Shown: positions 29,693 through 38,392 of the stretch, one piece after another
Layout of the letters: each line of letters begins with the position of its first letter
How positions within the stretch are numbered: the stretch's first letter is position 1
Position numbers and translations under genes: made by a program
From: Candidatus Collierbacteria bacterium GW2011_GWA2_42_17
GTDB lineage: Bacteria > Patescibacteriota > Microgenomatia > UBA1400 > MFAQ01
Direction of reading: 5' to 3'
NCBI GenBank assembly: GCA_000998275.1
Contig: LCDA01000003.1
Span: forward strand, 1,596 to 65,595
Length of the DNA stretch: 64,000 nucleotides
Notes under the pieces: generated by a model
The model's input: the letters and a program-made list of their open reading frames with translations, nothing else
Told to the model about the DNA's origin: nothing
Databases searched by the model: none

Positions 29693-30408
29693 AAACTAAT
29701 AGAATAAAAAGTTCCGTTAACATATCTAAAAAACAATTTAATCCAAATTATCTTCTTGTTGCAATCCCTTCTCGAGGAATGGTCAGTTGTGAGTTTGTAT
29801 CTTCTTTGTTGGCACAAGGTGACCCACTAAATATGTCTATTTCGTATCGTTTTGAAGTTGGCGGAGAAGTAGGGGAATCTCGAAACCGATTGGTTGGACA
29901 CGCACTAAAGATTGGAGCAGAGTATATATTGTTTATTGATGATGATGTAATATTGCCAACGAACTGTTTCAATAAACTTGTTTATTGGGCAAAAAAGGGA
30001 CATGATGTTGTCTCTGGGGTGTATTACAGTAAACAGGTTCCTCCTCAGCCCCTTATTTTTAAAGGTAGAGGCAATGGATATTTAAGTGACTGGAAGGTGG
30101 GTGACATTATCGAAGATGCTGATGGAATTGGAATGGGGATCACACTAATTAAAACAAGTGTTTTTAGAAATATCTCAAAACCATGGTTTAAATCGGTCGT
30201 TAATCAAAAAGAAAAAAATAGAGAAGAATTTATTTCTGTTGATGAGTCACTTTACTTTTGTGATAAGCTCGAGCTGAACGGAATTAAAATATTAATTGAC
30301 ACTTCGATTCAAGGAATTCATTTTGATTCAAATTCAAAAACCTTTTTCTTTAATAGTAATGGTGAACCCGTTGTTGTAAGAGATAATAAAGTAATAAATA
30401 ATATTTAG
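29689..30408 (+). CDS. GT-A fold glycosyltransferase (GT2-like)
   Basis: SRNRLV, ILFIDDD, GMGITLIK, DESLYFC. Confidence 0.75.
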   Translation: MKTNRIKSSVNISKKQFNPNYLLVAIPSRGMVSCEFVSSLLAQGDPLNMSISYRFEVGGEVGESRNRLVGHALKIGAEYILFIDDDVILPTNCFNKLVYWAKKGHDVVSGVYYSKQVPPQPLIFKGRGNGYLSDWKVGDIIEDADGIGMGITLIKTSVFRNISKPWFKSVVNQKEKNREEFISVDESLYFCDKLELNGIKILIDTSIQGIHFDSNSKTFFFNSNGEPVVVRDNKVINNI

Positions 30409-30411
30409 ATC

Positions 30412-31545
30412 ATGTCAATTCATAATTATCTTCCAAACAATATTAGTATCATAGAGAACGATAGGACAACTATTGAGATTGGTAATGTTTCGACGAGGCT
30501 ACTTCAGGAAATAAATTTGTCTGCGTCTAAAAAAATGATTGAGATTTTTTCTCCATCTGGGGTTTTTGGGGTTATTGCTTCTAAACAAAATCCAAAATTG
30601 GAGATATGTGAATTTGTAACTAATATACAAGATAAAAAAACTGTTTCCAAGATTTTTGACATAAATGGTATAAAAAATGGTTGCGTTTTTCCGATAACTG
30701 ACTTGTTTGCATATAAGAATGAGGTTGATGTTGTAGTAATCAGAACAGTATTGGAAAAACGAAAATCTTTGATTATCAAATCAGCTACTTTTGCAGCCTC
30801 TCTACTAAAGGGGAATGGGCAACTCTTTCTTGTGGGTGCTAAAAATGAGGGGGTTCAATCTATTGCAAAACAATTGTCAAAAATATTTTTGATTAATTCG
30901 GAAACAGTACAGTATAAACAAGGGGTTCACTTAATTAAATTTAGTTTCCCCTTAGGTTTTAAAAGAAAAATCGACGGGGAAGAGGAAGATGATGTCCAGG
31001 AATACGATATCAATGGCGTTTCTTTAAAACTAATTACTGACGAAAATGTGTTTGCAAAAGGGAAGCTCGATTCAGCAACAAAACTATTACTGGAAAATCT
31101 GATAATAAATGATAGCGATAAAATCTTAGATTTGGGGTGTGGGTCGGGTGTTATTGGATTATTCGCTTCGAAAAAAGCGAAAGATGTAAGGGTGACCCTT
31201 GTTGATGATGACTATATCTCTATTAAAACTGCTGAAAGAAATTTGATTCTAAATAAGGTTAATAACTACCAATTATTTGTTAGTGATGGGCTGAGTGAAA
31301 TGAAAGAAGGGTTGTTTAATTGTATTATTTCAAACCCACCATTTCATCAGGGAAGAGAAATATCTCATTTAGTCGCCGAGCGATTTATTAGAGAAAGCTA
31401 TAAGTATCTGCTTCCCGGAGGGAAATTGTATATAGTTTGTAATATATTTTTAGCTTACGAGAAAATTTTCAAAGAGATATATAATGATTCGAAGATTATC
31501 GCCAAAAATAAATCCTTCAAAGTGATTCTGGGTGTCAAGAAATAA
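30412..31545 (+). CDS. RsmC/RlmG-like (MTS family) methyltransferase
   Basis: VGAKNEGVQS, VFAKGKLD, LDLGCGSG, SNPPFH. Confidence 0.8.
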   Translation: MSIHNYLPNNISIIENDRTTIEIGNVSTRLLQEINLSASKKMIEIFSPSGVFGVIASKQNPKLEICEFVTNIQDKKTVSKIFDINGIKNGCVFPITDLFAYKNEVDVVVIRTVLEKRKSLIIKSATFAASLLKGNGQLFLVGAKNEGVQSIAKQLSKIFLINSETVQYKQGVHLIKFSFPLGFKRKIDGEEEDDVQEYDINGVSLKLITDENVFAKGKLDSATKLLLENLIINDSDKILDLGCGSGVIGLFASKKAKDVRVTLVDDDYISIKTAERNLILNKVNNYQLFVSDGLSEMKEGLFNCIISNPPFHQGREISHLVAERFIRESYKYLLPGGKLYIVCNIFLAYEKIFKEIYNDSKIIAKNKSFKVILGVKK

Positions 31546-31810
31546 GCAATGTTTTTGGAATTAAATTCAAGTAGTATCTTTTTATTTCCTCAATAACGTC
31601 AGATATGGGGTATCCCAGGGCATTTTCAATTTCTTTTTGTAATTGATTATTATCTATAGTTTTGTGATGATTTAATAAAACAAATCCTGTTATTTTGTCC
31701 AAGAAAAAGAACCTCATAGCCTTGACGGAATAGAAGCAGTATCCGTGCCCTTCGATCCTATAAAGTAATTTTCCTTCAGATGTTCGTAATGAAAATAAAT
31801 TATTTTTCAT
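31535..31810 (-). CDS. PqqD-like RiPP recognition element (stand-alone)
   Basis: ~90 aa; three predicted beta strands (LLYRIE/YCFYS/FFFLD) then helices; overlaps the radical SAM stop. Confidence 0.55.
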   Translation of the reverse strand: MKNNLFSLRTSEGKLLYRIEGHGYCFYSVKAMRFFFLDKITGFVLLNHHKTIDNNQLQKEIENALGYPISDVIEEIKRYYLNLIPKTLLIS

Positions 31811-32897
31811 TTTCTTGAGCATAAAAACAATGAGTATCTGATGCGTTTATCTTGTTTGAATCATAATATGCGGCAGCTCTGCATCCACCACCACACCACT
31901 TATTTTTGCATGTCGAACAAGGACCAATTAATGATTTTTTTGATAGATTTCTAAATTCTGCAAAGAGCTTGGAAGATTTCCAAATATTGCTAAATTCATT
32001 CTTCCTCACATTACCGGCACTCATTGTCGGGTTAGAGACAAACATTTCACAAGGATAGACGGAACCGTCTTCCCCAATTGAGCAAACAGAAATTCCAGCC
32101 ACACAGGATATATCAGAGCGATTCTTTGTATTTTGTTCCCAAACATCTTTCAGTAGATTTAGCTTGTTGAGTTTTTTTAATGGATAATAGTATTCCCAAA
32201 ATACTGGACCTTCATTGGTGACATTTAGGTTTATTTTTGGAAATTTGTTTGTATTTTGATAATTGATTAGGTCGTTTACAAACTTTATGTACCTTTTTCT
32301 TTCAGGTATGAAATCCATATTTTTTGATAGTCTTCCTGCAGGGCATAATACCTGTATCCCAACAATATCGATATCCATTGGCCTGACTAAATCGATTGTG
32401 TCAAAAACACAATCGATATTGTAAGAGTTTAAAGTTAGACCAATTGCTGTGTTTAACTTGTGTTTCTTAAGTAGTTTAATTGCTTTGAGTGCTTTTTCAA
32501 AAGATTGTCCACCCTTAATTTTGTCATGTAATTCAGCATTGTTAGCCTCTAAAGATACGGTAATCAGCTCAAAGTTGCATTTAGAAAGCTTAATACAAAT
32601 TTCTTCAGTTAAAAAATACCCCGTCGTATTTAACGATAGGGAAAAATCATATTTCTTTGTTATTGAAAGAATATCTAAAAAATCACTTCTCATTAACGGT
32701 TCGCCGCCTGCAAGTTGAACACGAAAAACGCCAATTTTTTGAAACTCAGAAAATAACTTGTCAAGTTCATCAATGGTTAACTCTTTGGAAGTGTTAGTAG
32801 CTTCATTTGCTGAGGCATAACAATACTTACAATTTAGGTGACATCGATTAGTCAAATTCAAATCAACTCTCAAGGGAGCCGATAAAAAATCTCTCAT
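31800..32897 (-). CDS. Radical SAM/SPASM peptide maturase
   Basis: CHLNCKYC, GGEP, and SPASM CVAG...GSVYPC...GNV...CSTC..WCGGGCRA...C. Confidence 0.9.
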   Translation of the reverse strand: MRDFLSAPLRVDLNLTNRCHLNCKYCYASANEATNTSKELTIDELDKLFSEFQKIGVFRVQLAGGEPLMRSDFLDILSITKKYDFSLSLNTTGYFLTEEICIKLSKCNFELITVSLEANNAELHDKIKGGQSFEKALKAIKLLKKHKLNTAIGLTLNSYNIDCVFDTIDLVRPMDIDIVGIQVLCPAGRLSKNMDFIPERKRYIKFVNDLINYQNTNKFPKINLNVTNEGPVFWEYYYPLKKLNKLNLLKDVWEQNTKNRSDISCVAGISVCSIGEDGSVYPCEMFVSNPTMSAGNVRKNEFSNIWKSSKLFAEFRNLSKKSLIGPCSTCKNKWCGGGCRAAAYYDSNKINASDTHCFYAQENEK

Positions 32898-32917
32898 TAT
32901 TTGTGAATTATATCTGA

Positions 32918-33013
32918 TTACGCAGCTCTGCCCCAGGTTTTATAGATGACTACCTTAGGATTAAGCCTATTTTTTAAATCTGATATAACTTTTTGTATTC
33001 TTTTCTTACTCAA
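32918..33013 (-). CDS. Putative RiPP precursor peptide, 31 aa (MSKKRIQKVISDLKNRLNPKVVIYKTWGRAA)
   Basis: TTG start after a GGGGGTGA SD; ends 20 nt before the radical SAM ATG; absent from the ORF track. Confidence 0.65.
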   Translation of the reverse strand: MSKKRIQKVISDLKNRLNPKVVIYKTWGRAA

Positions 33014-33129
33014 TTGACTCACCCCCAATCATGTTTAGTGATAATGTACTAATAATAACATCTGTGTTTCTGGTTAGTGAGCGCAGTTTATTCTTAACGA
33101 TACACAAACAAGGAATTTTTTTGAAGTGA

Positions 33130-33903
33130 TTATATTTTTTGTGCGATAACACCGATGATGGGATCGTTATTTTTGAATGAGACAATGCCATGTTTGTTAT
33201 CATAAGAACCATACATCAATTTAGTGCGTAAACCGAAACTTTCAATAAGTTTGGTTACTTGGTCTAGCGTGTATAGATACATTTTGTTATTGCTGGTATT
33301 TTTATCAAGTTTCCCATCGATGATGACCGACTGATTTATTTCAAGAGTTTGGTCCTGCTTGTTTAGTTTTTGTTTTGTCCTTCTAGATAGACGATGTAGT
33401 TTATCTGACTTAAATTCTTTTTCAATAAAATACTTATTATCAAATTCAAAAGTTTTGACATTTTCAAAGTTTATGACGTCGAAACATATTATTCCATCGC
33501 TTTTTATTGAATCAATCATATTTTTGATTACTATGGAAAAGTCATGATAATTAATATCACCAATCACATTGTAAAGGCAAATTGCTGCATCAAATTTTTC
33601 TGTAATTACATCTCTAATGTCGGACAATATGAGGTTTGGTTTAAGCTTATTTTTTATAATTTTTCTCTTTGCAATTTTTAGCATGTCAGCACTTATATCG
33701 ATTCCTAATAAATCAAAACCTTGTTTGGCAAGAGGAATATAAAAATTACCAGTACCACACCCGAGGTCGACTATGGTTTTGACATTATTTTTTCTAAATA
33801 TTTTTGTTAGTGTGTCTGCTATCGCATCGTATGGTATTCCATCAGCATCAATTTGATCGTAATATTTTGCATTGTATTTGTACCAATTAAAGTTTTTATT
33901 CAT
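33130..33903 (-). CDS. Class I SAM-dependent methyltransferase
   Basis: VDLGCGTG, GIDISADML, FDAAICL. Confidence 0.85.
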   Translation of the reverse strand: MNKNFNWYKYNAKYYDQIDADGIPYDAIADTLTKIFRKNNVKTIVDLGCGTGNFYIPLAKQGFDLLGIDISADMLKIAKRKIIKNKLKPNLILSDIRDVITEKFDAAICLYNVIGDINYHDFSIVIKNMIDSIKSDGIICFDVINFENVKTFEFDNKYFIEKEFKSDKLHRLSRRTKQKLNKQDQTLEINQSVIIDGKLDKNTSNNKMYLYTLDQVTKLIESFGLRTKLMYGSYDNKHGIVSFKNNDPIIGVIAQKI

Positions 33904-34067
33904 GTAATTTATTGAATGATTGTGACACGACTTGTTTCAAGAGGTGGTGGCTAGTTTTGTTATTATGTGACAATTATAGATTGTGTTGTGTGAGAATTGA
34001 TAAGGTTGGAGAAGCATTGGAGAGTATCTGTCTAGATAGATACTCCTTTGTATTATAAAATGCAGAG

Positions 34068-34526
34068 ATGATTATCAGAAATGCGAGGATTGAAGATGTT
34101 TCTCGATTGAGAGAAGTTAAACCTGTTTTAGATATTGAGAAAATAAATAGACGGCTTGAGGAACAAGATGGGGGTAGGGCGAATTTTTTGATTGTGGAAG
34201 AAAATGGTGAAATAGTAAGTTTTGTTTACTTGAAGTTTTTTGGAAGCGATATTCATCCGGACTATCCAGATATTGAGGACCTTTTCACCAAAGAAAGTGA
34301 GAGAGGGAGGGGTTTTGCATCTATGTTAATTAGAGAGTGTGAAAAATTGGCAAAAGAGAGAGGTTTTAAAAAGATAGGGTTGGCCGTAAATCCCGATCTT
34401 AATAATTCTGCAAGAAAATTATACGAATATTTAGGTTTTCATAATGTCGGAGAGAAACCTTATGTTGATGCAGTTTACGACGGAGTAAAAGACTGGTGCA
34501 TCGATATGGTAAAAAGATTGAGTTGA
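34068..34526 (+). CDS. GNAT family acetyltransferase
   Basis: RGRGFAS, N.SARKLYEYLGF. Confidence 0.85.
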   Translation: MIIRNARIEDVSRLREVKPVLDIEKINRRLEEQDGGRANFLIVEENGEIVSFVYLKFFGSDIHPDYPDIEDLFTKESERGRGFASMLIRECEKLAKERGFKKIGLAVNPDLNNSARKLYEYLGFHNVGEKPYVDAVYDGVKDWCIDMVKRLS

Positions 34527-34617
34527 TGAGTGAAGAACTATACCGACGATGATGTCGAAATTACGTATGTTCAATTGGACGAGATTGTGGCGGATATGTT
34601 CGGGAAGAGGTAAAATT
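34527..34617 (+). pseudogene. Decayed duplicate of the ABC ATPase 3' end (right direct repeat)
   Basis: Encodes DDVEITYVQLDEIVADMFGKR*, compared with DDIDITHVPLDEIMADMFGKR* of the intact gene. Confidence 0.85.
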
Positions 34618-34642
34618 ATTTCATGAAAGGGGGTGAGTTCGG

Positions 34643-34795
34643 ATGAATGAAGTTGAAACAATAAAAAAAGCTGAAGAAATAGATATTGAAGAGGTGATAA
34701 ATCAAGAAAAAACCAAAAAAGAAGTGATTTTTATGGAGGCAGAGTGTAATAGAAAAAGTAGTCGTTATCCCGAAGGACGACGACCTCATTATTAA
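34643..34795 (+). CDS. Putative RiPP precursor peptide, 50 aa (MNEVETIKKAEEIDIEEVINQEKTKKEVIFMEAECNRKSSRYPEGRRPHY)
   Basis: AAAGGGGGTGA SD; acidic leader-like N-terminus and a distinct basic C-terminus; 16 nt upstream of the cyclase-like gene. Confidence 0.6.
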   Translation: MNEVETIKKAEEIDIEEVINQEKTKKEVIFMEAECNRKSSRYPEGRRPHY

Positions 34796-34811
34796 TAGCG
34801 AAATATGAATT

Positions 34812-36395
34812 ATGGTTTTTCCTAAAATAACCATCAAAAAGATTGCTGGTGGACTGGGTTTGGAGGTGGTTTGGCCTGAAAGGGAGCTGCCTGAAAAAGT
34901 AGTTTATGAAGATGACGATTACAAAGCCTGGGGGTATCAGGTTGATTACGATGGGGTATCCTTTGAGGAAAAAGTGAAGTTGATGATAGCCGGGAAAGAG
35001 AAAGAGATTGTTTTGATCGACGGAGATTTGTTAATGGTACTTTGGAATAAAAAGAAAAATGAGGTGAAGGCAATGGTGGGTATGTCGGGTATGTTTCCAT
35101 TATATTTTGCCAGAGAAGGTGACGTGTTTTACCTTTCTCCGGATTTTTACGAGGTTTTTAAAGAAATAAAAAAACCAAAGATTAATAAAGATGAAGTATT
35201 GGATTATCTTTTGCAAGAATATTTTATTTATCAGACGGATAAAACTTTTATTGATGGCGTTTCCAGATTACCTGCCGGGTGTTTGCTGACCATAACGAGT
35301 GATTTGAAATATCAGGCTGAAGAATTGGTTGATCTTAAAGAAATAATTGCAAATCCCGGAAAGGATCTGAGTGCCGTTGAAGCCACAAAAGAAATTGAAA
35401 ATACTTTAACGACAGCGATCAAGAAGAGGTTGGAATATTTTAAAGACAAACCACTCGTTTGTGATTTTTCGAGCGGGTTTGATTGCATGATGGTAGGTTA
35501 TCTGATGAAAAATTTGGGGGCGGATTTTACCGGGTATAGTTGGTATACAAAAGAAAACAATGATGACAGCGATCCGAGTATCGTGGCAAAATGGTCGGAG
35601 GTCAATGGAGTAAACTGCAAATTTTCTGACGTAACAAATATTTTATTTTTTCATGATGAGGCAGACTTGAAATGGAATGCGACTCATTTTTTCCCCGCCT
35701 GGCACTCATTATCACTGGCTTTGGCTAACGAGAAAGATAAAGTAAAATTGTTTGGGAAAAACGTGGTGACTTTTACAGGTGAAGGGGGAGATGAATTTTT
35801 ACACGCGAGTGACCTTTTGGGGTATTTGAACGACATTAATAAGAATGAACATGAATTTATCAAGGAATATGCCGAGGGAGGTGCCGAAAGTATTTATACA
35901 AAAACGGCCTATGATCGATTGGTGAGTGAGGATAGAGCAAACTCTACAAAGTTTTATGGTAATAGATATGGTTCGGCGGTTGGGGAACAGTGCTATTTTG
36001 CAATTTATTGGGAAACGGGAACATGGATGAGCAATCCTTATGATACCTTACCAATGCTAAAGCTTTCCCAAAGACTGCCAAAAGACGAAAGGGGAAATAC
36101 AATCAACAAGCAGAAAATATATTTTGGAAATACAAAAGCTTTCATTCCAGAGCAGTATCGGGTGAAACTGCCCTATCATGAACAAGTTTATCGATTCTTG
36201 GATGAGAAAAAAGATATTTTGATTAATATTTTAGAAAACTCGGTACTGGGGAAATTGGGGATTGTTCAGTCAGAAGAGTTACTGAAGGCCTTACGCGAGG
36301 GGAGTATTAAAGGGGTAGTTAAAGAACACTATCTTTGTTTTGGAAATTTATGTCGTTTGGAAGTGTTTTTGCAGGCAAATGGGGTAAGAGGATGA
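34812..36395 (+). CDS. Asparagine synthetase-like / lasso cyclase-like ATP-dependent amide-forming enzyme
   Basis: GMFPLYF, VSRLPAG, DFSSGFDC (variant of SGGLDS), TGEGGDE; lacks the N-terminal catalytic Cys. Confidence 0.75.
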   Translation: MVFPKITIKKIAGGLGLEVVWPERELPEKVVYEDDDYKAWGYQVDYDGVSFEEKVKLMIAGKEKEIVLIDGDLLMVLWNKKKNEVKAMVGMSGMFPLYFAREGDVFYLSPDFYEVFKEIKKPKINKDEVLDYLLQEYFIYQTDKTFIDGVSRLPAGCLLTITSDLKYQAEELVDLKEIIANPGKDLSAVEATKEIENTLTTAIKKRLEYFKDKPLVCDFSSGFDCMMVGYLMKNLGADFTGYSWYTKENNDDSDPSIVAKWSEVNGVNCKFSDVTNILFFHDEADLKWNATHFFPAWHSLSLALANEKDKVKLFGKNVVTFTGEGGDEFLHASDLLGYLNDINKNEHEFIKEYAEGGAESIYTKTAYDRLVSEDRANSTKFYGNRYGSAVGEQCYFAIYWETGTWMSNPYDTLPMLKLSQRLPKDERGNTINKQKIYFGNTKAFIPEQYRVKLPYHEQVYRFLDEKKDILINILENSVLGKLGIVQSEELLKALREGSIKGVVKEHYLCFGNLCRLEVFLQANGVRG

Positions 36396-36826
36396 TTAAT
36401 TTTTTTGATGACGTACTTTGTATCGTTTATCGCGTATAGATACCCAGTTTTTTGACCACTAATTATTTTTGCGAGGGGTGCGTGTTCGCCAAGGAGAATA
36501 ATATCGTCGATTTTTTTACCACCTAAGCCTTCAGGAACAATAAGAAAGTTATTTCTTTGTTTACTATCGACATTTTCAGTTTCGACGAACGAACCAATTG
36601 TTGCATAATCTACTGATTTGGTCTGATGATTTACGTTTATTTTAATAGCTAATAGCTCTGCTTTGTTTTTTTGGAGAGCTTGAACAAGTTGATCTGCGTG
36701 TTGTCTTGTTTGATCGTGTTGTGATTCCATGGGGGTGGCGGCTTCATCTCTTTGTTTTTTGGCGTTATCGATGGCTTTGTTAATCGATTCGATTTCTTGG
36801 TTAATAATATTTTCGATACTTATCAT
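36329..36826 (-). CDS. GreA/GreB-like protein
   Basis: Coiled-coil N-terminus, IGSFVE, LGG, APLAKII.G.K.G; start moved to MISIE. Confidence 0.6.
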   Translation of the reverse strand: MISIENIINQEIESINKAIDNAKKQRDEAATPMESQHDQTRQHADQLVQALQKNKAELLAIKINVNHQTKSVDYATIGSFVETENVDSKQRNNFLIVPEGLGGKKIDDIILLGEHAPLAKIISGQKTGYLYAINDTKYVIKKINHPLTPFACKNTSKRHKFPKQR

Positions 36827-36864
36827 AGGCGAAATTATATACTTTAAAACTTGCGGAATTTTAT

Positions 36865-37165
36865 GACTCAGAGTATTCCGATTTACAAAAGATAATTGAC
36901 GGATGTGTTTAGGGGAAAGTGACCTAAGATTTTTGAAGTGGAGACGGTAACCAACTAGGGCGAGATCACCAATTATATCGGGGAGTTTGTGAGAGGGCAC
37001 CTTGAATGGAAGTCGTAGTTATAGATTGAGTTGACATGGTATTATTTATGTGTGCTGGAAAATGATAATTCGTGCGCTAGTTGCGAGAATAATTGTTGTA
37101 AAAAATTTAGACTATATCAGTCGGGAGTTGTAGAGACTATCCAAACGACAGACCACCATTTTGTG
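36865..37165 (-). pseudogene. Decayed 3' fragment of an lpxC-like gene (boundaries approximate)
   Basis: HKLPDIIGDLALVGYRL, compared with HKLLDLIGDLALIGFHL in the intact gene at 40690-41571. Confidence 0.7.
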
Positions 37166-37234
37166 AAAAAACCGGAGTAAAAAATAGACCAGCGGCAAAC
37201 TGTAAATTAAACGATTTAGTTAAAAAAGAAAAAA

Positions 37235-38392
37235 ATGACTAATAACAGATTAAAGGTAATGGTTGTTTATGGCGGAGTAAGTCCGGAACATGAGGTAGCA
37301 ATTGTGACTGCCTTACAGGTAATGAACGCTTTGGAAGAGGCAGATTTTGAAGTTTTACCGATATATATTTCCAAGGAAGGAAACTGGTATATGGGGGATA
37401 GTAGCTTCTTGAAACCGGAAGCATACAAAGATTTACGATCATTGTTAAAAAAAGGTAAACAGGTGATTTGGTCGGCAGATCCAAATTTTGGATTGCTTGA
37501 GAAAAGTTGGTGGGGTTTTGTAGCGACAGGGAAACAGCCAGACGTGGTGTTTCCGGTGATTCATGGTCGTGGGGGTGAAGATGGGACCTTGCAGGGATTA
37601 CTTGAAATGGCCGGTACTCCTTATGTTGGATGTTCGGTAACAGCGAGTGCGGTCAAAATTGATAAGTATATCGCGAAAAAGATTGCACAAGCCTGTGGAT
37701 TGGAAGTATTGAAAGACAGATTGGTGATTAAGGGTGAAAAGATAAGTGCAACTGAAAAGGAGGCGATTAAATATCCGGTGATGGTAAAACCAGTCGGTTT
37801 GGGGTCAAGTATTGGTCTGACGAAGGTGAAAAATAAGAGGGATTTAGATGATGCCTTGGAGTTGGCTTTTTGCTACGACAGACGGGTAATTGTTGAAGAG
37901 GCGCTAGATGATTTCTCCGAGGTAAATATTTCTGTATTGGGAAATAATCCTTATGAAGTGTCGGTAACTGAGGAGCCAAAATCCAGCGGAGAGATGTTGA
38001 GTTTTGAAGATAAGTATGAGAGGCAGGAGAAGTCTAGAGGAATGGCAGGATCAAAAAGATCGATTCCGGCAAAACAAAAATTAGAGGTAATCAAAAAAAT
38101 TGAAAAAGGGGCGATAGATTTTTTCAGGTCGATTGGAGGAAAGGGAATCGCAAGGGTTGATTTTATGGTAGATAAGAAAGGAAAGGTTTATTTTAATGAG
38201 ATAAATACAATGCCTGGTTCTTTAGCGTTTTATCTTTGGGAAGCAAGTGGTTTGTCGTTTAAAAAGTTGGTGGGGAGGTTGGTTGATTTAGCTTTAGAAG
38301 AAGGTAAGGAAAAAGATTCATTAATTAAGACTTTTGAGAGTAATATTCTGACAGGTTTTTCTCGCAACGGTCTTAAGGGAAGCAAGTTTTAA
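37235..38392 (+). CDS. ddl: D-alanine--D-alanine ligase
   Basis: YGGVSPEHEV, HGRGGEDGTLQG, GSSIG, ARVDF, NEINTMPG. Confidence 0.93.
   Translation: MTNNRLKVMVVYGGVSPEHEVAIVTALQVMNALEEADFEVLPIYISKEGNWYMGDSSFLKPEAYKDLRSLLKKGKQVIWSADPNFGLLEKSWWGFVATGKQPDVVFPVIHGRGGEDGTLQGLLEMAGTPYVGCSVTASAVKIDKYIAKKIAQACGLEVLKDRLVIKGEKISATEKEAIKYPVMVKPVGLGSSIGLTKVKNKRDLDDALELAFCYDRRVIVEEALDDFSEVNISVLGNNPYEVSVTEEPKSSGEMLSFEDKYERQEKSRGMAGSKRSIPAKQKLEVIKKIEKGAIDFFRSIGGKGIARVDFMVDKKGKVYFNEINTMPGSLAFYLWEASGLSFKKLVGRLVDLALEEGKEKDSLIKTFESNILTGFSRNGLKGSKF

Noticed and set aside
33006-33212. 68-aa ORF as the rSAM precursor
   Set aside because: It overlaps the methyltransferase out of frame and has no evident SD; the 31-aa TTG ORF has a strong SD and a better position
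34643-36395. Canonical lasso peptide cluster
   Set aside because: No B1/B2 genes, no Thr at -2, and no Asp/Glu at position 7-9 from a G/C/S/A start; kept as a non-canonical candidate
36827-37000. N-terminal extension of ORF 36329..37000
   Set aside because: It is the lpxC remnant fortuitously in frame; the GreA-like protein more plausibly starts at 36826
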